A DNA stretch of 57,915 nucleotides. Source: a virus (lineage: Duplodnaviria; Caudoviricetes). The stretch is taken from positions 1 through 57,915 of the IMG/VR virus record IMGVR_UViG_3300042480_000777; one strand, 5' to 3'. Under the pieces are notes generated by a model. It was given only the letters and a program-made list of their open reading frames with translations. It had not been told where the DNA came from and did not search any database. This document shows positions 24,708 to 34,988 of the stretch, piece by piece; position 1 is the first letter of the stretch; every line of letters starts with the position of its first letter. The position numbers and the translations under genes are program-made.

Positions 24708-27700
24708 TTGACGTCCTTTCCAAGCAGCAGGCCGGACCACGTCGCCCCGCCGTCGTGCGTGAAAAAGCCCAGCACATCGCGGCCTGCCGCTGTCAAAGTC
24801 GGCGCCGTACCTCCCGCCCACTTCATGCCAGACCACCATGTGATCGTGGCGCTGCCGCCGTTGGTCAGGTCGAGGATGAAGCTCGCCGCCGTGCCGGACG
24901 TGGGCACGTTGCTGACGGTGAGCGTGGTCGCGCCGCTGATGGTGCGGGTGAAGTAGTTGCCGGCCCTGACGTCGATGTCGCTGGCCCCCATCGCAACCCT
25001 GGCCTCGCGCAGGCCGGTGGAGACATCAAACCCACCGGAGGCGCCGAGACGCAGGCGCTCTGTACTGTTTGTGCTCCATGCCAGCGTGTCTGCCGCCGGC
25101 AGGTACATCCCATTGCCCGTGGCGGTGCCGCCGGTTGGGGTGATCTTTGCCGCCGAGAGAGTCCCCGTCACCGCCCCGCCCGTCAGCGGCAAGTAGGTGG
25201 TCGCGGCGGTCGCGGACTTCAGGTATCCCTGGCCGACAACGTAGGCGGTCGTGGCGATCTGGGTGGTGCTGGTATCCACCGCCGCCGTGGGCGCCGCCGG
25301 TGTCCCCGTAAATGTCGGCGAGGCCAGGAGGGCGTAGCCGGCAATGGTGGCGTAGGCGCCCGTGCCCAACGTCCCGCCGCCACCGATGTTCAGCGTCGAT
25401 CCATCGGTGCCGGCAAGCGTCAGGTTGTTGCTGACCACCAGGGTCTTGGCGGTCGTGCCGCCCGAGACCTGGAAGCCGGTCGCATTGGCGGTCAGGCTGA
25501 GTCCGTTGTAGGTCTTGCCGGTCAGCGCCTGCGTTCCCGCTGGCGTGACCACATCTCCCCAAGTCGGGGCCGCGCCAGACCCGCCCGACACCAGCGCCTG
25601 GCCAGCAGTTCCGTAGCTCGGAGAGCCGGATGCGCCAAAGCCCAGGGGCGCGTTAACGATCAGGTTGCCAGCCAAGAAGTTGGCAGCAGTGCCGTCCATG
25701 AACAGGTTCCAGCGGCCGGCGCCGGTGGGGATAGAGCCGCGAAAGCCGTAGTTGCTTGTGGCCCCAGTCAGTGAGCTGTCCGCCGTAAAGCCCGACTGCG
25801 TCGTGACTGCGCTGCCCGCACCAAGCGCTGCCTGGGCGGCCTGGTAGTGGATTGCATTCGCCATCGTGAAGGAGGCGGCCTGCGTGCGCAGCACAGATCG
25901 GTACGCAGTCCCGGTGCCGGTAACGCCAGACTGAAAAGTTCCGTCCGAGACCACGCCATGAGCCGTCGTGTCGTTCTCGAGATTGCGCGCCACGCGCAGG
26001 CCGTTGTTGGTGCCCGCCTGCTGACCGATGCCCACGTACTCGGATGCGCCCGTGGTGATGAACCCGGTGCCCGTGAAAGTCAGGCGAGTCACGCCATTGG
26101 TGCCAATCGTGATTGGGATCGCGTTGGCTGAAGACAAGCGCACGTTGGTCGAGCTGGCCGTCAGGATGCCCTCGGTCACGCCGCTGACTTGAAGGTTGAC
26201 GCGGGAGTCTGTGCCGTTGGCGATCGTCAGGTTGCTGGTCAACGTGCCGACCGTGGTGATACTGCTGGAGCCGGCCGCTGGCGCGTAGGCCGTCGAGGCA
26301 GTGAAGGCCGCACTGCCCAGGGCGCCGCCCGCGCCGATGTTCAGTGCGCTTGCGTCGGTGCCGGACAGTGTCAGCGAGTTGTTGACCGTGAGGGTCTTCG
26401 AGGTCGTTCCGCCGGCCAGCGTGAAGCCTGTTGCGGCGGCGGTGAGCGTCAGTCCGTTGTAGGTCTTGCCTGTCAGCGTCGACGGGATGTCCCCATCGGT
26501 CAGCGCATCCCAGGCCGGGACTGCGGAGATGGTGCCCGTGCCGGTCTGGCGCAGGAATCTCCTGCCGTTGGCCGTCGATCCCGCCAGCCTGACGTTGTCG
26601 GTGCCGTCGTGATAGATCAGGTCGCCCAGGGTCGTGGCCGGAGACAGCGCGTCGAACGCGGCGAGCGCCGTGGTCTGCCCGGTGCCGCCTCGGGCGATGC
26701 TGATGGCCGTGCCATTCCAGGTGCCCGACGCGATCGTACCCAGCGTCGTGATGTTTACCGACCCCGCCCAGGTGGACAGCGCGGTGTTTTCCACGTTGGA
26801 CAGGCCCACGTCGGTCTTGGTGACCGCGTCCCATGCCGGCGCCGCGCCGGCCGAGCCGGTGCCCGTCATGCGCAGGAAGTTGCGCGTGGCCGTCGTGTTG
26901 GGGGCAAGCAGCGCAGTGGTCGCCGCGGCCGACTGGTACGGCAGGGAGCCGAGCACGCCGGACGCCAGGTGGGTGGATGTCGTTGCGGTCGTGGCGCTTC
27001 CGGCCGACCCGTCGATGCTGACGCCGGCCAGCGAGATTGCCGCGCTGGCGCGATTGATCGCGACGGAGGTGGTGCCGAGGAAGAACGTCTGGCTGTTCAG
27101 GGCCACCGTGCCGGTAGTGGACGGCAGCGTGATCGTCGTGCCATCCGTGCCATTGAGGGTGATGGAGTTGTTGACCGTGAAGGTCTTGCTGGTCACGCCC
27201 CCGGAGATGCTGAAGCCGACGGCATTCGCGCCAAGCGTCAGCGCGTTGTACGTCTTCCCGGTCAGTGCCGACGGAATGTCGCCGTCCACGAGTGCGTCCC
27301 ACGCGGGCGCCGCAGAGACCGTCCCGGTGCCCGTCTGGCGCAGGAAGCGCCGGCTGGCCGCGGTGTTGCCGGCGAGCCGCGCATTGGAGTTGGCGCCATC
27401 CCCGAAGATCAGGTCGCCGAGGGTCGTCGCGGGGGACAAGGCATTGAACCCGGCCGCCTTGGTGGTCGCGCCGGTGCCGCCGTAGGCGATGCCCACCGCG
27501 GACGCCTGCCACACGCCGGACGCAACCGTGCCGACGGTGGTCAGGTTACCCGAGCCGGACCAGGTCGACAGGGCGGTGTTCTCGACGTTGCCAAGGCCGA
27601 CCTGGGCCTTGGTCACGGAGTGCGGGTTGCTGGTGCTGCTTGCGTGCGTCGTGAACTCGTCCTTGGTGGGCACGGAGGCCGCAGTGAGCCGCATCTGCAC

Positions 27701-27964
27701 GGTCGTGGCGCCAGGCCAGGACTGCGCGACAGTGCTCTCTTGGCCGCGCACAATCGTCAGCGTGTTCGACGCCTTGGCCGTGACGCGAACGATTTCCCAC
27801 GACGACTCCAGGCCGTTGCCATTCAGGCCCACCAGGGTGGCGAGATAGTAGTCGGCGCCTGGGTCAGGGAACGAGCTCGCGTCAACCAGCGTCATGCCGG
27901 TGGCCGTGGGGCCGATCCCGGCGCTCAGTGCGCCGGTGACGTTGTTCTTCAGGAGTTGGGGCAT
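24704..27964 (-). CDS. Long tail fibre protein with internal duplications
   Basis: 1086 aa, Gly/Thr/Ala-rich; VTKAQVGLGNVEN, LASPTFTGTPAAPT, C-terminal KWAGGTAPTLT..DVLGF. Confidence 0.9.
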   Translation of the reverse strand: MPQLLKNNVTGALSAGIGPTATGMTLVDASSFPDPGADYYLATLVGLNGNGLESSWEIVRVTAKASNTLTIVRGQESTVAQSWPGATTVQMRLTAASVPTKDEFTTHASSTSNPHSVTKAQVGLGNVENTALSTWSGSGNLTTVGTVASGVWQASAVGIAYGGTGATTKAAGFNALSPATTLGDLIFGDGANSNARLAGNTAASRRFLRQTGTGTVSAAPAWDALVDGDIPSALTGKTYNALTLGANAVGFSISGGVTSKTFTVNNSITLNGTDGTTITLPSTTGTVALNSQTFFLGTTSVAINRASAAISLAGVSIDGSAGSATTATTSTHLASGVLGSLPYQSAAATTALLAPNTTATRNFLRMTGTGSAGAAPAWDAVTKTDVGLSNVENTALSTWAGSVNITTLGTIASGTWNGTAISIARGGTGQTTALAAFDALSPATTLGDLIYHDGTDNVRLAGSTANGRRFLRQTGTGTISAVPAWDALTDGDIPSTLTGKTYNGLTLTAAATGFTLAGGTTSKTLTVNNSLTLSGTDASALNIGAGGALGSAAFTASTAYAPAAGSSSITTVGTLTSNLTIANGTDSRVNLQVSGVTEGILTASSTNVRLSSANAIPITIGTNGVTRLTFTGTGFITTGASEYVGIGQQAGTNNGLRVARNLENDTTAHGVVSDGTFQSGVTGTGTAYRSVLRTQAASFTMANAIHYQAAQAALGAGSAVTTQSGFTADSSLTGATSNYGFRGSIPTGAGRWNLFMDGTAANFLAGNLIVNAPLGFGASGSPSYGTAGQALVSGGSGAAPTWGDVVTPAGTQALTGKTYNGLSLTANATGFQVSGGTTAKTLVVSNNLTLAGTDGSTLNIGGGGTLGTGAYATIAGYALLASPTFTGTPAAPTAAVDTSTTQIATTAYVVGQGYLKSATAATTYLPLTGGAVTGTLSAAKITPTGGTATGNGMYLPAADTLAWSTNSTERLRLGASGGFDVSTGLREARVAMGASDIDVRAGNYFTRTISGATTLTVSNVPTSGTAASFILDLTNGGSATITWWSGMKWAGGTAPTLTAAGRDVLGFFTHDGGATWSGLLLGKDVK

Positions 27965-27965
27965 C

Positions 27966-28244
27966 TCAAAGTTCCTTGATCTTGAACGTCAGCTCATCTT
28001 GAAAGACTCGGCCGTCCGCACTCGTCATGGTCACCGTGACCTTGTAGGTGGCGCCGCTGGTGCCGCCCGTAACCCAGAACCTCACCCGCGGATCGATTGG
28101 GCTCACGTTCTCCACGGTCAAGCCGGCGGGAGAAACGGAGGCTGCCGCGATGTCCACGTTGTCGCCGCTTGGCAGGACGTCGGTGTAGTCGATGGTGTAG
28201 GACAGCCGCTCGGTGGGCTGCTGAGTCACTGTGCCGAGCTTCAT
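27966..28244 (-). CDS. Fibre-tail adaptor-like small protein
   Basis: QPTERLSYTIDY..FWVTGGTSGATYKVTV..GRVFQDE pattern. Confidence 0.7.
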   Translation of the reverse strand: MKLGTVTQQPTERLSYTIDYTDVLPSGDNVDIAAASVSPAGLTVENVSPIDPRVRFWVTGGTSGATYKVTVTMTSADGRVFQDELTFKIKEL

Positions 28245-29983
28245 GCGGCTCTCCTGAATTCGGTTTGAATGGCAGGCTTGAGGAACTCGAACTGGCCGGC
28301 CGGGCGCACAAAGGTTCGCTCGGGCGGATCAAAGGAGAACGGATTTCCGAAGCTGTCGGCCTGAACTTCGGATGTTCCGGTGATGTCGCCCTGGCCGATG
28401 AGTACGCGGGTCGCGAACGCCTCAAGCTCACCGCTGGCGGGCATTGCTGCGGCAGCCATGGCAGAGCGCAAGCCTGATGCCGAGACGGCAGAGCCGCCCA
28501 GGACTTCAGCCGAGGACATGTGCAGGTAGGTGATGCTCGAGGTGACGTCGGAAGACGCGCTGATATCAGCTGCGCCAAGCGTGACGCGCCAAGGCGCCGC
28601 CTGGACGGAGCACGAGCTTGCGCACGAGGCTGCAGCGATCAGGTTGCGAACTGCGAGCGCAGTGGTCGACGACGAGGCGGGCACCTGGGCAACCGGCTGC
28701 GCGACTCGAGTCGCCATGGCGGAGACCGACGCGCTGCCGACTGGCGAGGCGATTGGGTTCTGAACGCGGACGGCGGCGGCCACGGCATTGGCGGCCCCGG
28801 AGATGGTTGCTTCAACCATGCGCGCAGCAAGCGCACTGGAGGAGACGTTGCTGGTGCCGCCGGCGGACGCCTGGGCCAGCACGCTGCGGACAGCTGTCGC
28901 TGCAGCGGAGCCGGATCCAGCCACCTGGGCCTGGCCTTGGGTCCTAACCCAGGGGGTCGCGGCCACCACGGCGCCGGACGCCTGAATGCTGGCAGCCGAC
29001 ACAACGGAGCGCACAGCGGAGGCGCTGACCGACGCAGATCCGTCGAAGACCACATCAACGGACGCAGTGCGAAGCGCGCTGGCAGAAAGGTTGGAGCCGC
29101 CCGACAGGTCCGCAGTCGCAGTAAACCGCTGCCACGCCAGCGCCGACACCGAGGCCACCCCATTGGCAGCCGCTTCGGGCACCTTGATCAACACGGGAGC
29201 GGCTGACACCGCAGCAGAGCCAATCGAGACTGCGATGGAGGCGTTGACGACGGAGGTGGCCTCCTCGACGGTGACGACGATGCCGACACCGAGGCCCTCC
29301 GCACTGCCAGGCTGGCGCCTGGTGGCGACGGCGCTGACCGCGGAAGAGCAGCCAACGTCGGCAGCGGACAGCTTGAAGTTGACGGCCGAGGCGGTGACCT
29401 CGCACCAGCCAATCGGGTCGGCGAATCCAAAGGACTGGTTGTTGACCTTTGGCTCGGCGCGCAGGAACCCAGTGCCCGAGGTCGACTGCGAGGTCGCGTA
29501 GCGCGTGATCAAGGGCGCCGTCGTTGGCGCCAGGTTTCCGCTGACGGGGATGTCGGCGCGCCCCGGCTGGATGCGGGTCGCGTTGGCCGCAACCGAGGAC
29601 GCGCCGGAAACGCTCGAGGCGGCAAGCGTGCTCGCCGGTATCGCGATGACGCTTGCGGAGCCAAAGATGTCGGAGGTGGCCGTGACGCCGCGCAGCAGGA
29701 ACGCCGAGACCGTCGCCGACCCTCCGGCACTGGCCGCAGCAGACTGTCTGTTGGAGGACGCCGCCACCAGGCTGGCGAAGCACTCAATCTCAGACGTGGC
29801 TTGACGTACGGCGGTTGCCGCCGCCGTGACGTTGGCGGTGGCAACTGTGGGCGCGGTGATGTCAAGCTGCCGCGTCGCGCTCGCCGACACCGAGGAGGTG
29901 CAGGAGATCGCGGCCGCGGCAGCAACGACGGCAACCAGCGCGCCGCCGTTGAGCGCGCCGGCGTTGATGCCGAAGAAGTTCAC
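28241..29983 (-). CDS. Ala/Ser-rich repetitive tail protein
   Basis: 580 aa with about 21-aa periodic GSASVSA repeats; begins FFGINAGALNG. Confidence 0.7.
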   Translation of the reverse strand: MNFFGINAGALNGGALVAVVAAAAAISCTSSVSASATRQLDITAPTVATANVTAAATAVRQATSEIECFASLVAASSNRQSAAASAGGSATVSAFLLRGVTATSDIFGSASVIAIPASTLAASSVSGASSVAANATRIQPGRADIPVSGNLAPTTAPLITRYATSQSTSGTGFLRAEPKVNNQSFGFADPIGWCEVTASAVNFKLSAADVGCSSAVSAVATRRQPGSAEGLGVGIVVTVEEATSVVNASIAVSIGSAAVSAAPVLIKVPEAAANGVASVSALAWQRFTATADLSGGSNLSASALRTASVDVVFDGSASVSASAVRSVVSAASIQASGAVVAATPWVRTQGQAQVAGSGSAAATAVRSVLAQASAGGTSNVSSSALAARMVEATISGAANAVAAAVRVQNPIASPVGSASVSAMATRVAQPVAQVPASSSTTALAVRNLIAAASCASSCSVQAAPWRVTLGAADISASSDVTSSITYLHMSSAEVLGGSAVSASGLRSAMAAAAMPASGELEAFATRVLIGQGDITGTSEVQADSFGNPFSFDPPERTFVRPAGQFEFLKPAIQTEFRRAA

Positions 29984-30003
29984 CCGCGCCCCTGCGCTAG
30001 GCC

Positions 30004-30429
30004 TTAGGCCACAGTGACGGTGATCGAGCCGATGCCGAAGCTCAGGACGTCACCCACCAGCAGGGTCTTGCTGGAGGTCAGGGCGGCGTGGTACAGCAGG
30101 TTGCCGCCGGTGGCTGCGTCGTACAGGCCGATGTGCGTCACCGTGACAGAGCCGGCCCCGTTGTTGGCGGCGAAGGTGATGTTCTTGGCGTTGCTCGACA
30201 CACCATCGGCTGAGGCTGTCCACCCGGTGGAGATGGCTGCGCCGTCAGCCGCGTCGCGGCGAGCGTAGGCCGGCCAGGCTGCGGTCTGCACCTCGTTGGC
30301 GGTCACGTTGGCGTCCGTCGGGTCGGCCGTGAACAGGCCGACATACACGCCGGCGGGCACGGGGAAGGCGGCGCCGCGCAGCGTCGTCTGGACGATGTTG
30401 TTCTCGGTGTAGTTGGAAAACTTGCTCAT
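30004..30429 (-). CDS. Conserved small tail/fibre-associated protein
   Basis: MSKFSNYTEN..YVGLFTADP..VTHIGLYDAATGGNLLYHAALT. Confidence 0.8.
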   Translation of the reverse strand: MSKFSNYTENNIVQTTLRGAAFPVPAGVYVGLFTADPTDANVTANEVQTAAWPAYARRDAADGAAISTGWTASADGVSSNAKNITFAANNGAGSVTVTHIGLYDAATGGNLLYHAALTSSKTLLVGDVLSFGIGSITVTVA

Positions 30430-30568
30430 GGGGATAGCTCCGTGAAGATGGATTGCTGGGATGGTTGCGCGGGCGCGCGTTGCCCGTTGCCGGGCGGTTG
30501 ACTCGGCCCGTGGTGTGGGCCGAGAAGGTCAGTCAAGCCGCGTTGTGCGCGGCCCAACGGCGAAGCGC

Positions 30569-31213
30569 TCAGCGGTAGCCGTAGCGCACCGGCCGCACGC
30601 GCACGCTGCCTGCGACCTTGTCATGGGCGATGAACACCTTGGCCTTGGTGACGCCCTCGTTGAAGAAGGCCTGGTTGAAGGCGGCCAGCTGCGGATTGCT
30701 CCAGGCCTTGCCCGGCATCTGCATCAGGCGCGCCTTGGCGCCGGCCAGGATCTCGTCGAGGTAGACGTCGACGAGGAACTGAGGGAGGTTGGCGCCGAAC
30801 TGGCTGGGTGCGTACAGCGCGCGGATGGTGATCGTCTGACCGTTGGCCCCGAACGGGATCGGGTAGACCCGAACCGTCGACCAGTCCTGCGGGCAGTTGT
30901 AGTAGGCCGGGTCAGAGCCCTTGGCCTCCTGCCAGTTTGGGATCAGCTCCTGCAGCCGCTCCATGGTGACCGGCACGAGCTCGCGGTTGACCATCCAGAT
31001 GGACTTGACGGTCACCACCTGGGCGCCGGCCGGCGCAACCAGGTCGTACTCGTTGACGTCGTCCTCGACCGGGATCGGGTCCTGGATCTCGTTCCAGACC
31101 CCGGTCTCGCGGCAGAAGTCGTTGGCCGCCCGCATGATCGACTGGGTGGCCAGGGCATCCGGCACCCCAGGCACCTCCGGCAGAAGGTAGGGCAGCAGCT
31201 GCGTTGGCGTCAT
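30569..31213 (-). CDS. Head-tail adaptor/connector protein
   Basis: LPEVPGVPD..AANDFCRETGVW..GAKARLMQMPGKAWSNP; position downstream of the capsid gene. Confidence 0.7.
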   Translation of the reverse strand: MTPTQLLPYLLPEVPGVPDALATQSIMRAANDFCRETGVWNEIQDPIPVEDDVNEYDLVAPAGAQVVTVKSIWMVNRELVPVTMERLQELIPNWQEAKGSDPAYYNCPQDWSTVRVYPIPFGANGQTITIRALYAPSQFGANLPQFLVDVYLDEILAGAKARLMQMPGKAWSNPQLAAFNQAFFNEGVTKAKVFIAHDKVAGSVRVRPVRYGYR

Positions 31214-31216
31214 GGC

Positions 31217-32002
31217 TTAGGGCGCCGGCGGCTGGTTGACGGGCACCGTCGGGTTGAACGGCAGGCTGCGCAGGTTCGGGTTGACGCCGGTCAGCGCGGC
31301 CACCTGGGCGTTGATGCTGCCCGTGAAAAGCTGCGTTGCTGCGGCCGCCTGGTTGGCGTTGTTGGCGAACTCGGCGTCCTTCATGTAGGCGCGGGCCAGG
31401 ATGTAGTTGACGAGGTCGTCGGTGTAGCGGTCGTCCACCGAGATCTTGGTGGTGTCCGCGCCGTCCATGCCGTAGCTGCCGCCGGTGCTGATCTCGACCG
31501 GGCTCGCCAGGTAGGAGAGCTCAACCCACACGTTGGGCGACGCGGGGACGCCGGGCGAGACGTAGAAGACCTTCGGGGTACGGGGGTCGAACACGTACTG
31601 CGACACCGCGTTGGCGGAGGCCGTGTGCCAGTTGGGCGTGTTGACGTCCAGAACCTCGCGGTCGGCGATGCGGATGGCGTTGCCCGGCGTGGAGCCGTTG
31701 GCGCCCATGTTGCGGATCACCGACTGCAGGTAGTTCCCCAGAACCTGCGCGGGGTTGGAGCCGTCGCCGGTGATGAGGTTGGCCGCCAGGATGGTCTCGA
31801 TCGACTGGCGCGTGCCAGGGGAGAGCTTGACCGAATCCACCCGCGAGCAGGACGACGGCATGTACTTGGCGATGGCCTTCTGGCCGTCGTTGAGCCAGGA
31901 GACCAGTTCGCGCTGGGTCCAGCGCGTGAACTGCGGACTGATGTCGTGCAGCTGCGACGACACCCGGTAAAGGACGTCCTTGACGAGGGTGGATGCGGCC
32001 AT
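31217..32002 (-). CDS. Head-tail adaptor protein (DUF6682-like)
   Basis: RWTQRELVSWLNDGQ..LDVNTPNWH..YILARAYMKDAE. Confidence 0.75.
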   Translation of the reverse strand: MAASTLVKDVLYRVSSQLHDISPQFTRWTQRELVSWLNDGQKAIAKYMPSSCSRVDSVKLSPGTRQSIETILAANLITGDGSNPAQVLGNYLQSVIRNMGANGSTPGNAIRIADREVLDVNTPNWHTASANAVSQYVFDPRTPKVFYVSPGVPASPNVWVELSYLASPVEISTGGSYGMDGADTTKISVDDRYTDDLVNYILARAYMKDAEFANNANQAAAATQLFTGSINAQVAALTGVNPNLRSLPFNPTVPVNQPPAP

Positions 32003-32024
32003 GGTGTTACCTCAGGTTGGCGGA

Positions 32025-32375
32025 TCAGTGAACGCTGAAGGCGAACCGATTGTTGATGCGCTCCACGAACTCGCCGGGCTCCTTCGTCGGATGGAAGGTG
32101 GTGACCTTGGCGTTCTCGAGGATGTGCACCAGCTCCTCCGGCACCTCGACCGGGATGCCGCGGGGCACCTGGTACATGTAGCCGTTGATGCCGATGGGCA
32201 CGGCGTCGTGGCCGCCCTCGGACTCGGAGGTGTGGATCGTGATCGTCTTCTTCTTGCCCGACAGGGCGGCGTCGAAGCCATCGACCTTGGCCGTGCGCTT
32301 GGCGACGGCCTTGGGCGCGGTCGCCGGAGACTCCGGCGCGCTGTCGATGTCTGACACTTGCGTGTTGTTGCTCAT
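32025..32375 (-). CDS. Conserved hypothetical protein downstream of the capsid gene
   Basis: VPIGINGYMYQVPRGIPVEVPEELVHILENA. Confidence 0.75.
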   Translation of the reverse strand: MSNNTQVSDIDSAPESPATAPKAVAKRTAKVDGFDAALSGKKKTITIHTSESEGGHDAVPIGINGYMYQVPRGIPVEVPEELVHILENAKVTTFHPTKEPGEFVERINNRFAFSVH

Positions 32376-32453
32376 GTTGATGGGTCCTCACAGAAGGTGC
32401 CGGGGATTACCCGCCCCGGCATCGGGTTGGTCGCGATCGATTTCTCGCAGCAC

Positions 32454-32482
32454 CAAAAGCAAAGCCCCCACGAATGGGGGCT
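32454..32482 (-). terminator. Rho-independent terminator after the capsid gene
   Basis: AGCCCCCA-TTCG-TGGGGGCT followed by TTGCTTTT on the minus strand. Confidence 0.8.
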
Positions 32483-32514
32483 GCCAGTCGAGGCCGGTGT
32501 TACCCGGCCAACGA

Positions 32515-33498
32515 TCAGGCGGTGGCGGCCACTTCCCCGCGCACCATCCAGCTGTCATTCAGGATGACGCAGGTCTGCATCGCCTTCCAGGCGACGTGAC
32601 CACGCTGGGCCAGCGGATCGGAGTCGCTGGGCTTGGGGTTCACGACCATCGGCGTCAGGGCGAACATGCCCTTCAGCGCGACGATGCCGTAAGCGTCCCG
32701 GCCCAGGAACAGCACCGGGTACACGTCGGCGCTGGTGCCGGTCGTGGACAGCATGGTGCCCTTGGCGCCGCCGGCGTCGGCGAACGGCTCGAAGATGGTC
32801 GAGGACACGTAGCGCACGTCCTCCACCTTGCCGAGCTCGTTCTCCCACGGGGTCATCGTGCCGTACTTCTCAGCAGGCACGAAGCCGGTCAGGCCGCGCA
32901 CGTCAGCCTCGCAGTCCGGGTGGATCAGGGCGACGAAGCCAGGAGCCACGTTCTCGGTGCCGAAGGACGGCGTCGAGCGGATGACGGAGGTGATGAAGCG
33001 CGCGTTCTGGCGCTTCAGGGCACGCACAGCACGGCGCTGCAGCGTGATGCTGATCGCGGTGTTGACGGCGTTGCGGGCAGCGCCGTTGGCGTACAGCACG
33101 TTCGTGCCAGCCTTCAGCACGCCGAAGCGCATCTTCTCGATCATCTGCGCCGCCTGCTCGCCCAGCAAGGCCACCGACTCGTTCAGGGTCGGGTCCTCGT
33201 GGGTGTCCAGGATCACGTCGGTGATGGTCACCTTGTCGCCGTACTGGGCGAGGGTGGCCGTCACGTCGGTCACCGCCAGCGTCTGGCCGGCAGGCGTCAC
33301 GCCTTCGGACAGGGTCGTCGGGGTGTTCGGCAGCGCGTTGTAGCGGCGGAACTTGATGACCTTGGTGCTGGCCTCAGGCAGGGCCTTGGCTTGGCCAAAC
33401 TTCTCCAGCACCAGGTAGGGGATGCCGCGCTTCAGCAGTTCTTTCTCTGCGTAGGCAGCGGTACGGGGCGAAATGTCGCCGTATGCGGTCTGAGCCAT
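32515..33498 (-). CDS. Major capsid protein, N4-gp56 family
   Basis: LVLEKFGQ..IKFRRY..LSEGVTP..QYG..ENELGKVEDVRY..DPLAQRGHVAWK; GAAAGGA RBS. Confidence 0.92.
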   Translation of the reverse strand: MAQTAYGDISPRTAAYAEKELLKRGIPYLVLEKFGQAKALPEASTKVIKFRRYNALPNTPTTLSEGVTPAGQTLAVTDVTATLAQYGDKVTITDVILDTHEDPTLNESVALLGEQAAQMIEKMRFGVLKAGTNVLYANGAARNAVNTAISITLQRRAVRALKRQNARFITSVIRSTPSFGTENVAPGFVALIHPDCEADVRGLTGFVPAEKYGTMTPWENELGKVEDVRYVSSTIFEPFADAGGAKGTMLSTTGTSADVYPVLFLGRDAYGIVALKGMFALTPMVVNPKPSDSDPLAQRGHVAWKAMQTCVILNDSWMVRGEVAATA

Positions 33499-33827
33499 TT
33501 GAATTTCCTTTCGTTAATGGCGGGTCAAATTTGCTGTTTTCACAGCCATCTCGGAGAGGAGCGTGTGGACTGTCCCGTGTGCCGTGTGCAGATACGCAGA
33601 ACCCATGCTGGGGCGCCGTAGCGTGTCCCGGGTCCTCTTCTCATGCGCGACTGGTTTGTCGTGCTCCAGGTGCTGGGTGTTTGGTATCCGGCGCACCCCG
33701 CTACGCCGGCTGTGAGGCAGCTCGTGTGGACTGCCTTCCACATGGTGTTGGCATTCGCGATTCGAAAACAGCGAATGCCGGTGTGGTGAAAGCCGAGGCG
33801 TGCAGCGCAGAGGCCTCGGGCGTTTGA
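33499..33827 (-). ncRNA. Candidate structured RNA leader between scaffold and capsid genes
   Basis: 329 nt without a credible ORF; several hairpins and an 11-nt direct repeat. Confidence 0.4.
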
Positions 33828-34889
33828 TCAGTAGTCGTTCCAGGCGTCTTCGTAGTTGGACGACTTGGGCTGCTCGGGCAGCTTCATGCCGGAGCTGCGC
33901 ACACCTTCGGCGGCGTCCATCTGCGCCTCGGTCGCCGCGTCGACGATCGACTCGCCAGCGGCTTCGGTGAGCTCCTCGGCGGGCGCCGCGGTGGCGCTCT
34001 TCTTGAAGCCGTCCAGCAGCCTGACGATCTGCTTGGCCGAGCCGCTGGAGATGACCTCCATGGCCTGACCCTTCTGGTTCTCTGGCAGCGCCTCGATGTA
34101 GGCCTTGAACTCCTCGCTCGCACCCACCTCCTGGAAGTCAGGGTGGCGGTCGGCGATCTGCTCGAAGTGGCTGCGCGCCTTGGTGTCGACGATGTCGGCG
34201 ATCACCTCGTCGACGGTCTTGGAGAGCTCGCCGAACTTCTCGCTGGCCGCGCTCGAGCCGGCCTCCTTGGCCTTGGCTACGGCGATCGCCTCGATCATCT
34301 TGACGAAGTCCTCGCCGAAGTCCTCGGCCAGTTGCTTCATTGCCTGCTGGGGCGTGATCGTGCCGTCTTCGACCTGCTCGGCGATCTGCTCGATGTTCTC
34401 GCTGTCGGCGGGCGTGTCGGCGGCGTCGGCGGCCTGCTCGATGGCATCACTCACGGCGGCCTTCTGCTCGCCGGGCTGGTCGGCGCCAGCGGCCTTGAGC
34501 TTGGCCTCCATGGCCTTGAGTCGGCCCTCCCAGCTCTTCAGGCGCTGGACTTCCTTTTCCATGTCGACCATGGGCGGCTTGACCTCCGCGGCGTCGCCCT
34601 CGTCGGAGACCACCTCAGCCTCGCCTGCGGGCTCTGCGGCAGCCTCTGCGGTGTCCTTGGCCATGGCGTCCCCGGAGGCCTTCTCGACCTCGTCGGCATC
34701 CATCACGATGGCCATGTCGACGTCCGCGGCCTGGCCCTCGGCGCCATCTTCGGCGACGGGGTCGGCAGGCGCAGGGTCGGACAGGCCAAAGGCCTCGTCC
34801 TCGCTCATCTCCTTGGCGGGAGCGCTGTCTTCGTTGAAGGCGGCAGCGAACTCGTCTTGCTCGCCCTTCATCTGGTCTTGGGTTGCCAT
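33828..34889 (-). CDS. Capsid scaffolding protein
   Basis: Very acidic helical protein, LKSWEGRLK, HFEQIADRHPDF; lies between portal and capsid genes; GAAAGGA RBS. Confidence 0.8.
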   Translation of the reverse strand: MATQDQMKGEQDEFAAAFNEDSAPAKEMSEDEAFGLSDPAPADPVAEDGAEGQAADVDMAIVMDADEVEKASGDAMAKDTAEAAAEPAGEAEVVSDEGDAAEVKPPMVDMEKEVQRLKSWEGRLKAMEAKLKAAGADQPGEQKAAVSDAIEQAADAADTPADSENIEQIAEQVEDGTITPQQAMKQLAEDFGEDFVKMIEAIAVAKAKEAGSSAASEKFGELSKTVDEVIADIVDTKARSHFEQIADRHPDFQEVGASEEFKAYIEALPENQKGQAMEVISSGSAKQIVRLLDGFKKSATAAPAEELTEAAGESIVDAATEAQMDAAEGVRSSGMKLPEQPKSSNYEDAWNDY

Positions 34890-34988
34890 GTTGTCCTTTC
34901 GATCGGCTTCCAACAGCCGGTCGCCCGGCTCACACTGTCCCTTGCCGAACCTGTAAGCCGCGCTTACACGTTGGCCCGGGGGCTGAGA

